64,000 bases of DNA from an uncultured Gammaproteobacteria bacterium (GTDB lineage: Bacteria; Patescibacteriota; Patescibacteriia; Magasanikbacterales; UBA922). Made by a program: the position numbers and the translations under genes. The stretch covers positions 6,658-70,657 of the forward strand of contig CAZMHV010000003.1 in NCBI GenBank assembly GCA_964566225.1. The letters are read 5' to 3'. The notes under the pieces were generated by a model that did no database searches, was not told the origin of the DNA, and saw only the letters and a program-made list of their open reading frames with translations. Positions within the stretch are counted from its first letter, which is position 1, and every line of letters starts with the position of its first letter. Shown piece by piece: positions 27,905-37,518 of the stretch.

Positions 27905-29245
27905 ATGCTTTCACTTCCATTTCGTTTTTTGTTTGCACTGCTTATTGGTGCCATTATTGGTTTAGAACGTGAAAGTAGTCGCAATGACAGTGAACGTGAA
28001 ACCGAAACAACTTCTGCCGGAGGAATTCGAACCTATGCCCTCATATCACTCCTTGGAGGATTGGCAGGGTTTTTTTATTTGCAAAACATGCCAATGATGT
28101 TTTTGCTGTTGTCTGCCTTTGCAGCCATTCTGGTACTTTTGTATTATGCTATTGGGTCATCTATCACCAAGCACTTTGGTATGACCAGTGAAATTTCTAT
28201 TTTGATTACCTATATACTTGGGTTCTTGGCCATGTTTGAGGGAGTCTCAACGCAGCTCGTGGTTATTTTGCTTGTGGTCACCCTGCTTATTCTTTCTCTC
28301 AAGTCAAAAACACACAAGCTCGTAAATGGCATTTCACCCAATGAAATACGTTCTTTCATTAGTTATGCACTCATTGCACTTGTTGTATTGCCAATTCTTC
28401 CCAATACTCCAGTTACTCTTTCTAAAATTACGTTTCTTCATGATTTGCTCCAAAGTTATGGTGTTGATTTGGGGCAATTTGCTACCCTTGAAATTTTTAA
28501 TCCACGAAAAGTGTGGTTTGTGGTTGCCTTGGTTACAGGAATCGATGTGTTTGGATACATATTGGCCAAACTGGTTGGGGGGAAAAAAAGTTTTACACTT
28601 ACCAGTTTTGTAGCCGGTTTTATTTCGTCTACTTCGGCAACCGCTGCCTTGGCTCGAAAGAGTAACAAAGCATCCGATGTCCGACCTCTTGTGGGATCAG
28701 CGCTTCTGGCCAACATGGCAAGTTTTTTTCAAATTTTTCTTTTGGTCGGGCCAGTCAACGGTGCCTTTTTGGTAAGTTTAACTCCGACACTTCTTGCCAT
28801 TATTTTTGCTTCGGCTGGTTGTAGTGTGTATTTCCTTTCAAGAAAAGAAAAGTCTGTTCACATTTCAAAAGAAACCGAAAAAGAACCTGCAGAACGAGAA
28901 ATTTTTGCTCTCAAGCCTGCACTCAAATTTGCTGCTCTTTTGATTATCGTAAAACTCGTAACCAAAATTTCCCTTATCCTTTTTGGAAATTCTGGTTTTA
29001 TGGTAAGTTCGGTCATTGCCTCGGTTGCCGGTATTGATGCTATTCTTATCAACTTGGCTGACCTTGTCGGCAAAGGAATTACGATTGAAACAGGAATTTT
29101 GACCTTTATTTTGGTGAATGCAACCAATTTGCTTACCAAGTCACTGCTCAGTTATCTCAATGGGGGACGTGCTTTTGCCAAAAAGTTTTTTGCGTGTGTA
29201 CTCATTGTTATTGCCGCCAGTCTCATTGGATTTTTTCTCAAATAA
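27905..29245 (+). CDS. MgtC/SapB family membrane protein with DUF4010-like domain
   Basis: GAIIGLERE, GGIRTY, GMTSE, GFISSTSAT. Confidence 0.88.
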   Translation: MLSLPFRFLFALLIGAIIGLERESSRNDSERETETTSAGGIRTYALISLLGGLAGFFYLQNMPMMFLLLSAFAAILVLLYYAIGSSITKHFGMTSEISILITYILGFLAMFEGVSTQLVVILLVVTLLILSLKSKTHKLVNGISPNEIRSFISYALIALVVLPILPNTPVTLSKITFLHDLLQSYGVDLGQFATLEIFNPRKVWFVVALVTGIDVFGYILAKLVGGKKSFTLTSFVAGFISSTSATAALARKSNKASDVRPLVGSALLANMASFFQIFLLVGPVNGAFLVSLTPTLLAIIFASAGCSVYFLSRKEKSVHISKETEKEPAEREIFALKPALKFAALLIIVKLVTKISLILFGNSGFMVSSVIASVAGIDAILINLADLVGKGITIETGILTFILVNATNLLTKSLLSYLNGGRAFAKKFFACVLIVIAASLIGFFLK

Positions 29246-29266
29246 TTTGTCTGGGGATAACTTCAC

Positions 29267-29295
29267 TTGCCTAAAAAGTACTTTCAGTATACAGT
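29267..29295 (+). promoter_or_regulatory. Putative promoter for the Asn leader and tRNA-Asn
   Basis: TTGCCT-17 bp-TACAGT; predicted start lies close to ATG 29304. Confidence 0.5.
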
Positions 29296-29303
29296 AAATA
29301 TAT

Positions 29304-29354
29304 ATGAAGCAACTCACTCTCAATAATAACAATAATAATACCCTCAATACGTAG
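29304..29354 (+). CDS. Putative Asn-rich attenuator leader peptide MKQLTLNNNNNNTLNT
   Basis: Six consecutive Asn codons plus one more, 82 bp upstream of tRNA-Asn and ahead of a terminator. Confidence 0.75.
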   Translation: MKQLTLNNNNNNTLNT

Positions 29355-29377
29355 GTGAGTTTTTCTTTTTCAAAATC

Positions 29378-29411
29378 AAAAGACTCTCCTATGTGGAGGG
29401 TCTTTTCTTTT
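29378..29411 (+). terminator. Attenuator terminator (3:4 hairpin) upstream of tRNA-Asn
   Basis: AAAAGACTCTCC/GGAGGGTCTTTT stem followed by CTTTT. Confidence 0.75.
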
Positions 29412-29436
29412 GTGGGGGAATTTTTGCCCCATATAT

Positions 29437-29508
29437 TCCCGGGTAGTTGAGTGGTACAACACCTCGCTGTTAACGAGGATATCGCTGGTTCGAGTCCAGC
29501 CCTGGGAG
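29437..29508 (+). tRNA. trnN: tRNA-Asn (GTT); 3' end is the integration site
   Basis: TCCCGGG/CCTGGGA acceptor, CCTCG-CTGTTAA-CGAGG anticodon arm, GCTGG-TTCGAGT-CCAGC T arm. Confidence 0.96.
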
Positions 29509-30975
29509 CATGGCTGGACGTTCCTTATATTCAGCGAGTGCCTGAAGGGGACTTCTTAGCTCAAATAAAAGGTTTTTACCTCTCAACTGTAAGTTCTGAA
29601 ATACAAAGTTGAGTATTTGGCGTTTCTCTTCGATTTCAGAACTTTTGAAAATGTCAGAAGCTCTTTGTGCTAAAGAAAGAAGCTGTGTTGCGCTGAGGCT
29701 ATAGTTTTCATCTGCATTTGTGTGGTCTTCTAGTTGAAGCTCAATATCTCGTTGCTTTTCTTTGATCTGTTTGAATTTTTTATCATAGACGTCCTTAGTA
29801 ATACTACGGTCGAGCATAAAGTCAAGTAGGGTATCAGATTGTGCTTGAAGGGCGTCATATTCGTTTCTAAGCGTGTTTACAGCCTGAGAGTGATATTTAC
29901 TCTTTGTTTCGTTCATCGTGTGTATTTTAGCCGTAATTTCTGCCACTTGTATATCTGAAAGTTGGATACTATTGAATGCCTCATAAACAGGTTTTAAGAG
30001 ATCATTTTCATTTACATAGATACGTTTGCAAGTATATTTTGAGTTTGTACAACTATAATGGTTATATATCTTTTTGTGTCGCTCAGCGGTAACTCGACAA
30101 CCACAGTTGGCACATGAAATAAGTCCTTTAAAGATAAAGGGGTGTGAGATTGATTTAAACGGAGTCTTTTTCTTTGATAAGCGTATTTTTGTAGCTTGTT
30201 CAAAAGTATAGCGAGAGATAATTGGCTCGTATTTATGTGGATAGGGTTTAGTTTTAGAGATCATCGTTCCACAATAGAAAGGATTTTTCAATATACATTC
30301 AATCATGCTTTTGGAGAGTATTTTCCCATTAGCACTTTTTAATCCTTCTTTTTCCATTATATTTTTTATATCAAGCATTGATGTGGTGCCAGATATGTAC
30401 AGATCAAAAATCTTTTTTATATATTGCCTTCGAGATTCATCGACTATAATATCTCGTTGATTTTTTTCTTCACCAATATTGAGGTAGCCAATAGGTGCTC
30501 GGCCTATCCATTCGCCGTTTCGTAGTTTTTGTTCGTAAGCACGTTTAACATTATCACTGATTGCGTCAGAGTAGTATTTTGCTAGGTGTAGATTCATTCC
30601 AAAGTGAAATTTTTCTGTTGCAGAGGTTTTTTGATCTATGACAAGATTTTCAGATGTAAAGTGCAACTCAATTTTTCCTTGTTGAGCCATTTCGTATAAA
30701 AGGGGAACACGCTTGTCAAAGACATTGCGTGAAAGACGATCCACCTTATCAAAGCAGACAGCAACTGTTTCCTTTTGGTTTTTAAGATATTCAAGAGCTT
30801 TATCAAATTCGTCTCGTTTTTGTTTATACGCACTTTCGTCAAAGACAAACTGTTTATCTATTTTTAATCCTTTTCTATCACAATAATCCTCGAGTCGTTT
30901 AACTTGAGCGGGTAGAGAGTTACCAGCTTCTTTTTGTTCTTCGGTAGAGACTCGTGCTAGAATTATCGATTTCAT
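29470..30975 (-). CDS. Large serine recombinase, attL form (C-terminus encoded antisense to tRNA-Asn)
   Basis: ARVSTEEQ catalytic Ser, DRLSR, recombinase domain, CANC Zn ribbon, coiled coil; ends LPGLDSNQRYPR. Confidence 0.93.
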   Translation of the reverse strand: MKSIILARVSTEEQKEAGNSLPAQVKRLEDYCDRKGLKIDKQFVFDESAYKQKRDEFDKALEYLKNQKETVAVCFDKVDRLSRNVFDKRVPLLYEMAQQGKIELHFTSENLVIDQKTSATEKFHFGMNLHLAKYYSDAISDNVKRAYEQKLRNGEWIGRAPIGYLNIGEEKNQRDIIVDESRRQYIKKIFDLYISGTTSMLDIKNIMEKEGLKSANGKILSKSMIECILKNPFYCGTMISKTKPYPHKYEPIISRYTFEQATKIRLSKKKTPFKSISHPFIFKGLISCANCGCRVTAERHKKIYNHYSCTNSKYTCKRIYVNENDLLKPVYEAFNSIQLSDIQVAEITAKIHTMNETKSKYHSQAVNTLRNEYDALQAQSDTLLDFMLDRSITKDVYDKKFKQIKEKQRDIELQLEDHTNADENYSLSATQLLSLAQRASDIFKSSEIEEKRQILNFVFQNLQLRGKNLLFELRSPLQALAEYKERPAMLPGLDSNQRYPR

Positions 30976-30988
30976 ATGCTTTGTATTG

Positions 30989-33817
30989 TTAACTTGTCAA
31001 TAGCTTCTTCTGAAAATCTATTGCAAAGTCGCCTTCGCCACGAGTATCAGAGTTATAGAACTTTATGCCGATTGGCTTTATTACTTTGTAGCCGTGCTTA
31101 CTCATTTCAGCTAGATAATCTTTGTAGGCCTGCTTGTCGTTTTCGCCTGCATCAAACACAACATCACTGTCATCGTTCAGACTTATCAAGGCTTCTTCTT
31201 TCCAAGCGTCTTGTGCTAGCAAGTGACCACCCTTCGGCTCAATAATTACCTGATAATACAGTTCGTTGCGAGCCACATCATTGATGATGAGTACATAGTC
31301 TGGGCTAAACCTACGACCATCTTTTATGTTATATAGCCAATAGTCCAGTTCGTTACGAATAAGATATATTTCAGCACCTTCGTATCTAGTGTGTAAGTCG
31401 GCAATCTGGCTCGCTAAATATTTCACGAAGCGTTTTTCTTCACTTGTGCCATAGTTTTCACTATACGCATACCAGTCAGCATCTTTTATGTTGAACTGTA
31501 ATTCAGGGTTGTCGTGGTCGCTTTGAGCTTTAGCACGTTCATCAGAACTTATAAACACCTTTTCGCCCGTTACTGGGTCAACGGATGGAAACGACATCAA
31601 ATAAATGTCCTTTTCTTTGCTAAACACCTGCGATAATGACACTGGACGGAACTTGTTGCTACCAGCTTCACGTGGCATATAAATATCTATTCGCCTACGG
31701 ACTTCTGGCAATATCGCACCAACTAGCAGTTGGAGTTTTTCTTGAGCGTTTAGCGAGCCAATATCTTTACCGTCTTCGTAGGTATAAGTAATTGCGTATT
31801 TCGGCAGGTATTTGTTCATCAGTTCATCAACCGTTTGTAGTTCGGGTATATGATGACGTAGGTTGTTGAATCGGAAGAAGTTGGCTTCGGCACATACCAA
31901 CGCTTTGCGAATTATTGGTTCCGCAAAGAACTCATCGGTAATGCGTATAACTTTGGTTTTCTGACTCGCAATTTGTTGATTTTGCTCGTAATCGTTCAAA
32001 GCCCTTGCTCGCAGGTTATACAAGCCCGCTTTGATGGTGCGATTGAAGGTAGTGTCAATTTCTTCGTCAGTTGTTTTGTTGCGTTTTGTCGTGTGGTTGA
32101 CCAGCACAAATCCTTTTTTATACGTTTCGCTTTCTAAAAAGTGTTGTTTGAGTGTAATGGTCTTCTGTTCAATACCTTCATTAATAATACCTTCGCCCAG
32201 CAAATCACGTTGTAAGTTTTCTAGAAACATACCCGTTTTTACAAAGTGATACACGAAAGTTTCCAGCACACGCCCACGTTCAAACGGTGCTTTATCAAAT
32301 TTACGCTTGTACTTATCAAACTCTATATTTCGCTGTGTAAATTCAAATGTTTGGTTCTCTCTTTCGTCTGGCTTATACGAGCTTGGTAGTTCATAAGGGA
32401 AATACCTAGCCCCACGCCCAATCAACTGAATATCTTGTAACGACACCTTCTTGGCTTCACTAATATCAAAGTGAATAATGTCGTATAAACTCAATACGTC
32501 CCATCCTTCATTCAGAGCATTGACGCTAAATATGGCACGAATGGTGTTTCGTTGACTGTCTAACAGTGGCAATAGCTCGGCTTTTTCTTTCTTCTGACTG
32601 TTATATATCAACGTGTTGTCATGTGCAAAGCTTGCTCGTATTTCGCTAACAAACTTATTTAGTCCATCCCAATCGCCTTGTGTTACAAAGCCATTTTTAG
32701 GCTCCCTCAGCCAATCAAACAAATCTTTTAATATCTCGTGTTCACGATTGTTGTTTTCTTGACCCAATTCTTTTAGGTGGTTCAAATCTTCTGGTCGCAA
32801 ACTACTTATGACAGTATCAAAAAATGCACGGTCTTCTTCGCTTTGTGCGATTTTGACAGACTTTATCAACACCACAGGCTTCATCTCTACGCCCATTTCA
32901 CGCTGAGCAAGCAATCTACGATATTCGCTTAACACTACGGCATTGACTATCAGTAGGCGTTTTTGGTCTTCAGTGTGAACCTCTTTGTTGTATAGGAACT
33001 TCACGTCTTTGCTATACCTATCACGATTGAACTCCAAGAAATCGTAACGATGAACGAGCTTATCGCTATATTTAGTATGTATTGCTTCATTCGCCAAATC
33101 TACGGTTGCAGTATATTCAAGTAATAAGTTTTCTTCACGAGCCTTAACTGCCTTCATCACAGCAGTTTCCCAATTTCGCACTTCTTCTATATCGCCTTTA
33201 TTTTTACTGCGAGTATCTACGTTCAAACGGTGGGCTTCATCGGCAATAATCACCACGTTGTTATCGGCAAAATCTTGAGCTGTTAGTCCATTTTCTTTGT
33301 CTTCAATTAGATGGTTATACAGCAGTGAAGTGCTAAAAAACATAAAGTTGATAGCATTACGATCTGCGTCCGCTATACTTGGCACAGCTTTTATACCTAC
33401 ATTACGCCCATTTATTTTGACGCCTTTTGGGTTGAACAAATATTTTTCAAACTTGTAATCGGTAAAGTTTTTGAGCGCTTGGTCTTTAATTTGTATTTGA
33501 TGGACTAAAAATAGGAAGTTGCGGTAGCCTTGTGCGTATAGATACAGTACTACAGACGCCATTACGAGCGTTTTCCCAGTTCCAGTCGCCATATTGAACA
33601 GCACATGCTTGGCTTTTGCCCTGTCGCTTTCATACAGCCAAATAAAGTGTTTCAAGGCTCGCACTTGGTACTCACGCAGGGTTTTGCTCAAATTGTCCGT
33701 GATATATTCAGGCACAATAAATGAGCGTTCCCATATTTGGTAGGTAGGGTTGTTTTCTATTTGGTTGAATAGAAAATCGCCTAATGTTGCATTGATTTTA
33801 GTTTTCGTTTTCACCAT
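30989..33817 (-). CDS. res: Type III restriction enzyme Res subunit
   Basis: MATGTGKT, IADEAH, LNEGWDV, QLIGRGAR, C-terminal PD...EPK nuclease motif. Confidence 0.92.
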   Translation of the reverse strand: MVKTKTKINATLGDFLFNQIENNPTYQIWERSFIVPEYITDNLSKTLREYQVRALKHFIWLYESDRAKAKHVLFNMATGTGKTLVMASVVLYLYAQGYRNFLFLVHQIQIKDQALKNFTDYKFEKYLFNPKGVKINGRNVGIKAVPSIADADRNAINFMFFSTSLLYNHLIEDKENGLTAQDFADNNVVIIADEAHRLNVDTRSKNKGDIEEVRNWETAVMKAVKAREENLLLEYTATVDLANEAIHTKYSDKLVHRYDFLEFNRDRYSKDVKFLYNKEVHTEDQKRLLIVNAVVLSEYRRLLAQREMGVEMKPVVLIKSVKIAQSEEDRAFFDTVISSLRPEDLNHLKELGQENNNREHEILKDLFDWLREPKNGFVTQGDWDGLNKFVSEIRASFAHDNTLIYNSQKKEKAELLPLLDSQRNTIRAIFSVNALNEGWDVLSLYDIIHFDISEAKKVSLQDIQLIGRGARYFPYELPSSYKPDERENQTFEFTQRNIEFDKYKRKFDKAPFERGRVLETFVYHFVKTGMFLENLQRDLLGEGIINEGIEQKTITLKQHFLESETYKKGFVLVNHTTKRNKTTDEEIDTTFNRTIKAGLYNLRARALNDYEQNQQIASQKTKVIRITDEFFAEPIIRKALVCAEANFFRFNNLRHHIPELQTVDELMNKYLPKYAITYTYEDGKDIGSLNAQEKLQLLVGAILPEVRRRIDIYMPREAGSNKFRPVSLSQVFSKEKDIYLMSFPSVDPVTGEKVFISSDERAKAQSDHDNPELQFNIKDADWYAYSENYGTSEEKRFVKYLASQIADLHTRYEGAEIYLIRNELDYWLYNIKDGRRFSPDYVLIINDVARNELYYQVIIEPKGGHLLAQDAWKEEALISLNDDSDVVFDAGENDKQAYKDYLAEMSKHGYKVIKPIGIKFYNSDTRGEGDFAIDFQKKLLTS

Positions 33818-35513
33818 AGAACTTCTCGGTTAGTGCCTTTTCATCTTTCGATACTGTGTGCCGTGTATCGTTCATATCGGCGTAATTTAGGTATAGCTGG
33901 TTTTCGTCTAGTATGTCGGCAAGTGCCTGCTTGCGACCAGCCAAATCAAGCTTGCGAAAGTTTTCGTCTTTTTCAAACTCGGCACGGTCAAACCAGAACT
34001 TCAAGAAGGCGTTGTTACGCATATCTACATACAGGTTTTCCAGTTCTTTGATACTCGTGGCTTCCATAATAGCGTCAATATATTCTTGGTTGTATTTCTT
34101 CAACTCAAAGTAAACAAACGAGGTGTTGCTGTAATACTTTTTTATGGCATTTTCTAAACGCTTGAAGGTAACGTTATTTACATAGTCCATCTGTTCAATC
34201 AAGATGAACTTACGACTACCACCATCTTCGGCATTTTGAGCCATCACAGCCTGTGCGGTAGTGCCTGAACCACCAAAAAAGTCCAGCACGATGTCATCGG
34301 GCTCAGTGCTGATTTGTATACTGTCTTTGACCATAGCAACTGACTTAGGGTAACTAAATACTTTGCCACCAATCATGTCTTTCAAGTCGCTAGTCCCCGT
34401 TGTTCCAGAGTATTCAGGTCTAAACCAAAGCGATTTTGGTCGTTCTCCCTTTATACGAAGTTTAGTGTATATTTTATATTCGCCATTGACTTTTCTTACT
34501 TCCGTTTCGGTTTTCCATTTTTCCATAAGTGTATCTCTGCCCCAACGCCATCTTCGTTCAATTCCATTACTATCAATCGGTAGCATTTCAACACCGTTTT
34601 CAGATTTTGAGATAGACACTTCTTTTGTGTCGGGGTCGTAATAGACAGGGTAAAAAAGATTTGGTCGGTCTTCTCGCCGTGAGCCATCACCACTACGCTG
34701 TAATGGTATGCTTTTATATTTACTTATTTCATCTTCTTGCGGGTAACTGCTTGAATTATCAAAGTTGAAGTCTTTAATTTTTGCGTATTTGGCATTTTTA
34801 GCATATACAATCTTATTCTCGTGTGCGGGCGAAAAAAACTCGTTATATCTTCCCTTTAAATTATGGACAACAGCAAGCACACCAAGCCTATTTTCATAAC
34901 CAAAAATCTCGTCAGCCAAAACGCCCAAATAAAACAATTCGTAGTGGTCAATATCTATAAAAATCATACCATCTTCGGTCAGCAACTCTTTGGCTACTTC
35001 AAGTCTGTTTTTCATAAATGTAAGCCACGAACTGTGATTGAAGTTATTGTTATAGGCAAAGGTGTTGGCGTCCGTGCGGGTATTGTAAGGCGGGTCAATA
35101 TAAATGAACTTAACTTTGCCCGCTAAGCGTTCACGCAGGGTATAAAGTGCTAACAGGTTGTTGCCCTTGATAAGCAGGTTTTGTTTTAGATTGTCGTCTT
35201 CGTCAAAAAACTGAATATCGCTATCGGCGGTCAGTGCCTTTTCTCCGTCTTTGTCTATAAGGCGAAAGTCAGTTAGAACCTTCGGTTCTTCTAGTGTGTC
35301 TATATCTTTACTATCTAGCGTTTGATGTAAAAAGCGTTCATCACGCCCTACATCTTCTTTGCTCATACCCGCTTCCAGCACAGCGTCCTTGAACGGAAAT
35401 GATAACACTACATCGTTATCGTTTTTGATAAAACTGCCCTTACTCGTACTGACCAACCCTATCTTATTCGGATATTGCGTATATCTTCCTTTTTTAGATG
35501 AATTATTTGTCAT
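33798..35513 (-). CDS. mod: Type III RM DNA methyltransferase (Mod)
   Basis: NLLIKGNNL, IYIDPPYN, LDFFGGSGTT; overlaps the Res start. Confidence 0.92.
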   Translation of the reverse strand: MTNNSSKKGRYTQYPNKIGLVSTSKGSFIKNDNDVVLSFPFKDAVLEAGMSKEDVGRDERFLHQTLDSKDIDTLEEPKVLTDFRLIDKDGEKALTADSDIQFFDEDDNLKQNLLIKGNNLLALYTLRERLAGKVKFIYIDPPYNTRTDANTFAYNNNFNHSSWLTFMKNRLEVAKELLTEDGMIFIDIDHYELFYLGVLADEIFGYENRLGVLAVVHNLKGRYNEFFSPAHENKIVYAKNAKYAKIKDFNFDNSSSYPQEDEISKYKSIPLQRSGDGSRREDRPNLFYPVYYDPDTKEVSISKSENGVEMLPIDSNGIERRWRWGRDTLMEKWKTETEVRKVNGEYKIYTKLRIKGERPKSLWFRPEYSGTTGTSDLKDMIGGKVFSYPKSVAMVKDSIQISTEPDDIVLDFFGGSGTTAQAVMAQNAEDGGSRKFILIEQMDYVNNVTFKRLENAIKKYYSNTSFVYFELKKYNQEYIDAIMEATSIKELENLYVDMRNNAFLKFWFDRAEFEKDENFRKLDLAGRKQALADILDENQLYLNYADMNDTRHTVSKDEKALTEKFYGENEN

Positions 35514-35516
35514 AAT

Positions 35517-35882
35517 TTATTGGGTACTTACTTGTTTTAAAAATGTATCAAACTCTTTTTGATCAATTCTGTATTCTTTACCAATTTTATATGCTGTTAA
35601 TTTTCCAGCTTTGATATAACGATAAATGGTCATCGGGTTAACCCTTAGTTTATTTGCTAGTTCTTCTACTAAGTAAAAGTCATTTTTATTTTCTTGTTTT
35701 GACAGATCTATTTTTACTATAGGAGCTTCTTGGTTATTTTTAGGAATTGGTTTATAAACCAGTTTTACCAACTGTAAAAGTTTATGTGCCTGTTGAAAGG
35801 CATCGTCCTTGGATAATCTTTCGCCAAACTGTTCCTCGTATAACTTTTGAAACTCTTCTAGAGCTTTATCATCTATTTTCAT
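35517..35882 (-). CDS. Excisionase-type helix-turn-helix protein with an extra N-terminal helical domain
   Basis: C-term VEELANKLRVNPMTIYRYIKAGKLTAYKIGKEYRI. Confidence 0.8.
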   Translation of the reverse strand: MKIDDKALEEFQKLYEEQFGERLSKDDAFQQAHKLLQLVKLVYKPIPKNNQEAPIVKIDLSKQENKNDFYLVEELANKLRVNPMTIYRYIKAGKLTAYKIGKEYRIDQKEFDTFLKQVSTQ

Positions 35883-35923
35883 ATGTTTATAGTTAATGTA
35901 ATTATACTTTACTTTGGTTTACA

Positions 35924-37045
35924 TTACAAACTGAGTTTATAGGGCTCAAAAGTGGATAACTCTTTTTCAATATCTTGAACAAAACCATGGGTATTTATGG
36001 GGAAAGGAGGGGATTTAAAACGTGCCAAGTCTCTTTTAACGTCATTCCAATCTGCCTTGGGTCTATAAGAAGCCACAATAGTCCTGAGTTGTCTCATTCC
36101 TTGGTCTTTGGCTAATAAATTAAAGCCTACAGCCTTAACGGCTTGTTTTATGCTTAGTGTTGGGTCGTGGTGAAGTGTCCTTTTAAGGATAGAAAGTGGA
36201 TTCGTATCCATATCAAGTACAAATTTGTTATTATCGTTAAAAAAGTCAGACCAATATTTTTGAAGGATGTTTTGGGAACGTTCATGGCTTAGGATATCTT
36301 TAAGGGTAGGATTTTGTTTATAGCCAAGTTTGAATAATGTCTTGTTTACGTATTTTTTGGTGGAAAGGCGTATTTCAATTCGTAATAATTTGTGAGATAT
36401 TATCGAGTTTTTTACTTTGTCAAAAAGAGAAAGTTGTTTATCAGTTTTATCTTGATCCATTGAACGTTTTTGAGGCCTTGGTATATCTGCAAACTTGTCG
36501 TACATAACAAAAGAATGTGAGTTAGTATAAAACTGGTAAGCATACCCTTCGTTACGAAAGTCGGCCTTATTTGTATCCATACGTTTGGATATGTCAATTT
36601 TTGCAAGTTCCTGTATGGCGAGGGTGGCTGTGTATCCGTCAGACAAAGGTATATTCTTTCCTACGTGAAAGGCTACAACTGGAGCCTCTAAAAGATGATC
36701 TGTGAGTATCATAACTCCACGTTCAAACATTCTTTTCCTTAAGGTATCTATTGCTTTTGTATAGTCTTCTTGAGTATATTCGTTTATATTTTCACCGTCG
36801 TTTATGAGCTTTGGGATAGAGCATTCTACTTTCAAAACACGTGTTTGGGCATAGTATTGTGTCGTATAGAGTGTCATGCGTGGATAGTAATGACTTTCTT
36901 TTTCCTGTTTGCTCGGGTTATTTTTGAAGTTGGTTCCAGGGAAAAATCTAAGACTCCCAACGCCATCTGTTGGAGGTGAAAATTTATCGTGGTGCATTAT
37001 TTGATAACGTCCCCAAGGAATGAGGAATATAACAGTATCTACCAT
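35924..37045 (-). CDS. Putative replication initiator (phage/plasmid gII/X, Rep_trans-like)
   Basis: N-terminal VDT, SIPK, MYDK and LLRIEIR motifs. Confidence 0.55.
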   Translation of the reverse strand: MVDTVIFLIPWGRYQIMHHDKFSPPTDGVGSLRFFPGTNFKNNPSKQEKESHYYPRMTLYTTQYYAQTRVLKVECSIPKLINDGENINEYTQEDYTKAIDTLRKRMFERGVMILTDHLLEAPVVAFHVGKNIPLSDGYTATLAIQELAKIDISKRMDTNKADFRNEGYAYQFYTNSHSFVMYDKFADIPRPQKRSMDQDKTDKQLSLFDKVKNSIISHKLLRIEIRLSTKKYVNKTLFKLGYKQNPTLKDILSHERSQNILQKYWSDFFNDNNKFVLDMDTNPLSILKRTLHHDPTLSIKQAVKAVGFNLLAKDQGMRQLRTIVASYRPKADWNDVKRDLARFKSPPFPINTHGFVQDIEKELSTFEPYKLSL

Positions 37046-37073
37046 ATCATTACATCTTTTGGGCCTTACAATT

Positions 37074-37334
37074 TTATATAATTTCTTTAACTTTTTTAGT
37101 GATTGCGTCTTCTATTGCTTTGCTTGTCTCTTTATCTATCGGGTGGTATATGTTAAAACTCTTTTCTGCTACTTTTTTGGTAGGATAGGTTATTCTATAT
37201 CCTGAGCCATCTAGCTTAAGGTGTACGCCTATGGACCCAAGGTAGAGAGAGTTGTCTATAACTATAGAGGCCATAGCAATTAGGCCATCTTTAGGCTTTA
37301 TTGGTACTATCTGTACTTCTGTTACGTTTTTCAT
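37074..37334 (-). CDS. SpoVG-like nucleic-acid-binding protein
   Basis: VTEVQI...LIAMASIVID...YP...YHPI pattern. Confidence 0.65.
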   Translation of the reverse strand: MKNVTEVQIVPIKPKDGLIAMASIVIDNSLYLGSIGVHLKLDGSGYRITYPTKKVAEKSFNIYHPIDKETSKAIEDAITKKVKEII

Positions 37335-37518
37335 AAAGTTGTGGATTATTACGTTTATCTATTTCCCAAAGCAAAGCAAAAAACTGAGCAAGATTTGTGA
37401 TCTGTCCGTTTGTAGAGGGGATCTGGTTGTCAGTCTCTTTTGGATACATAAAACCTGATGGTGTTATCATCAGGTTATCATTGCTTTACATTTGAAGATA
37501 AGAAGTTAGTGACCCACG

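Noticed and set aside
29322-29340. AAT run as a plain microsatellite
   Set aside because: It is in frame with an ATG, is interrupted only by a synonymous AAC, and lies before an attenuator-like structure and tRNA-Asn; chance is not formally excluded
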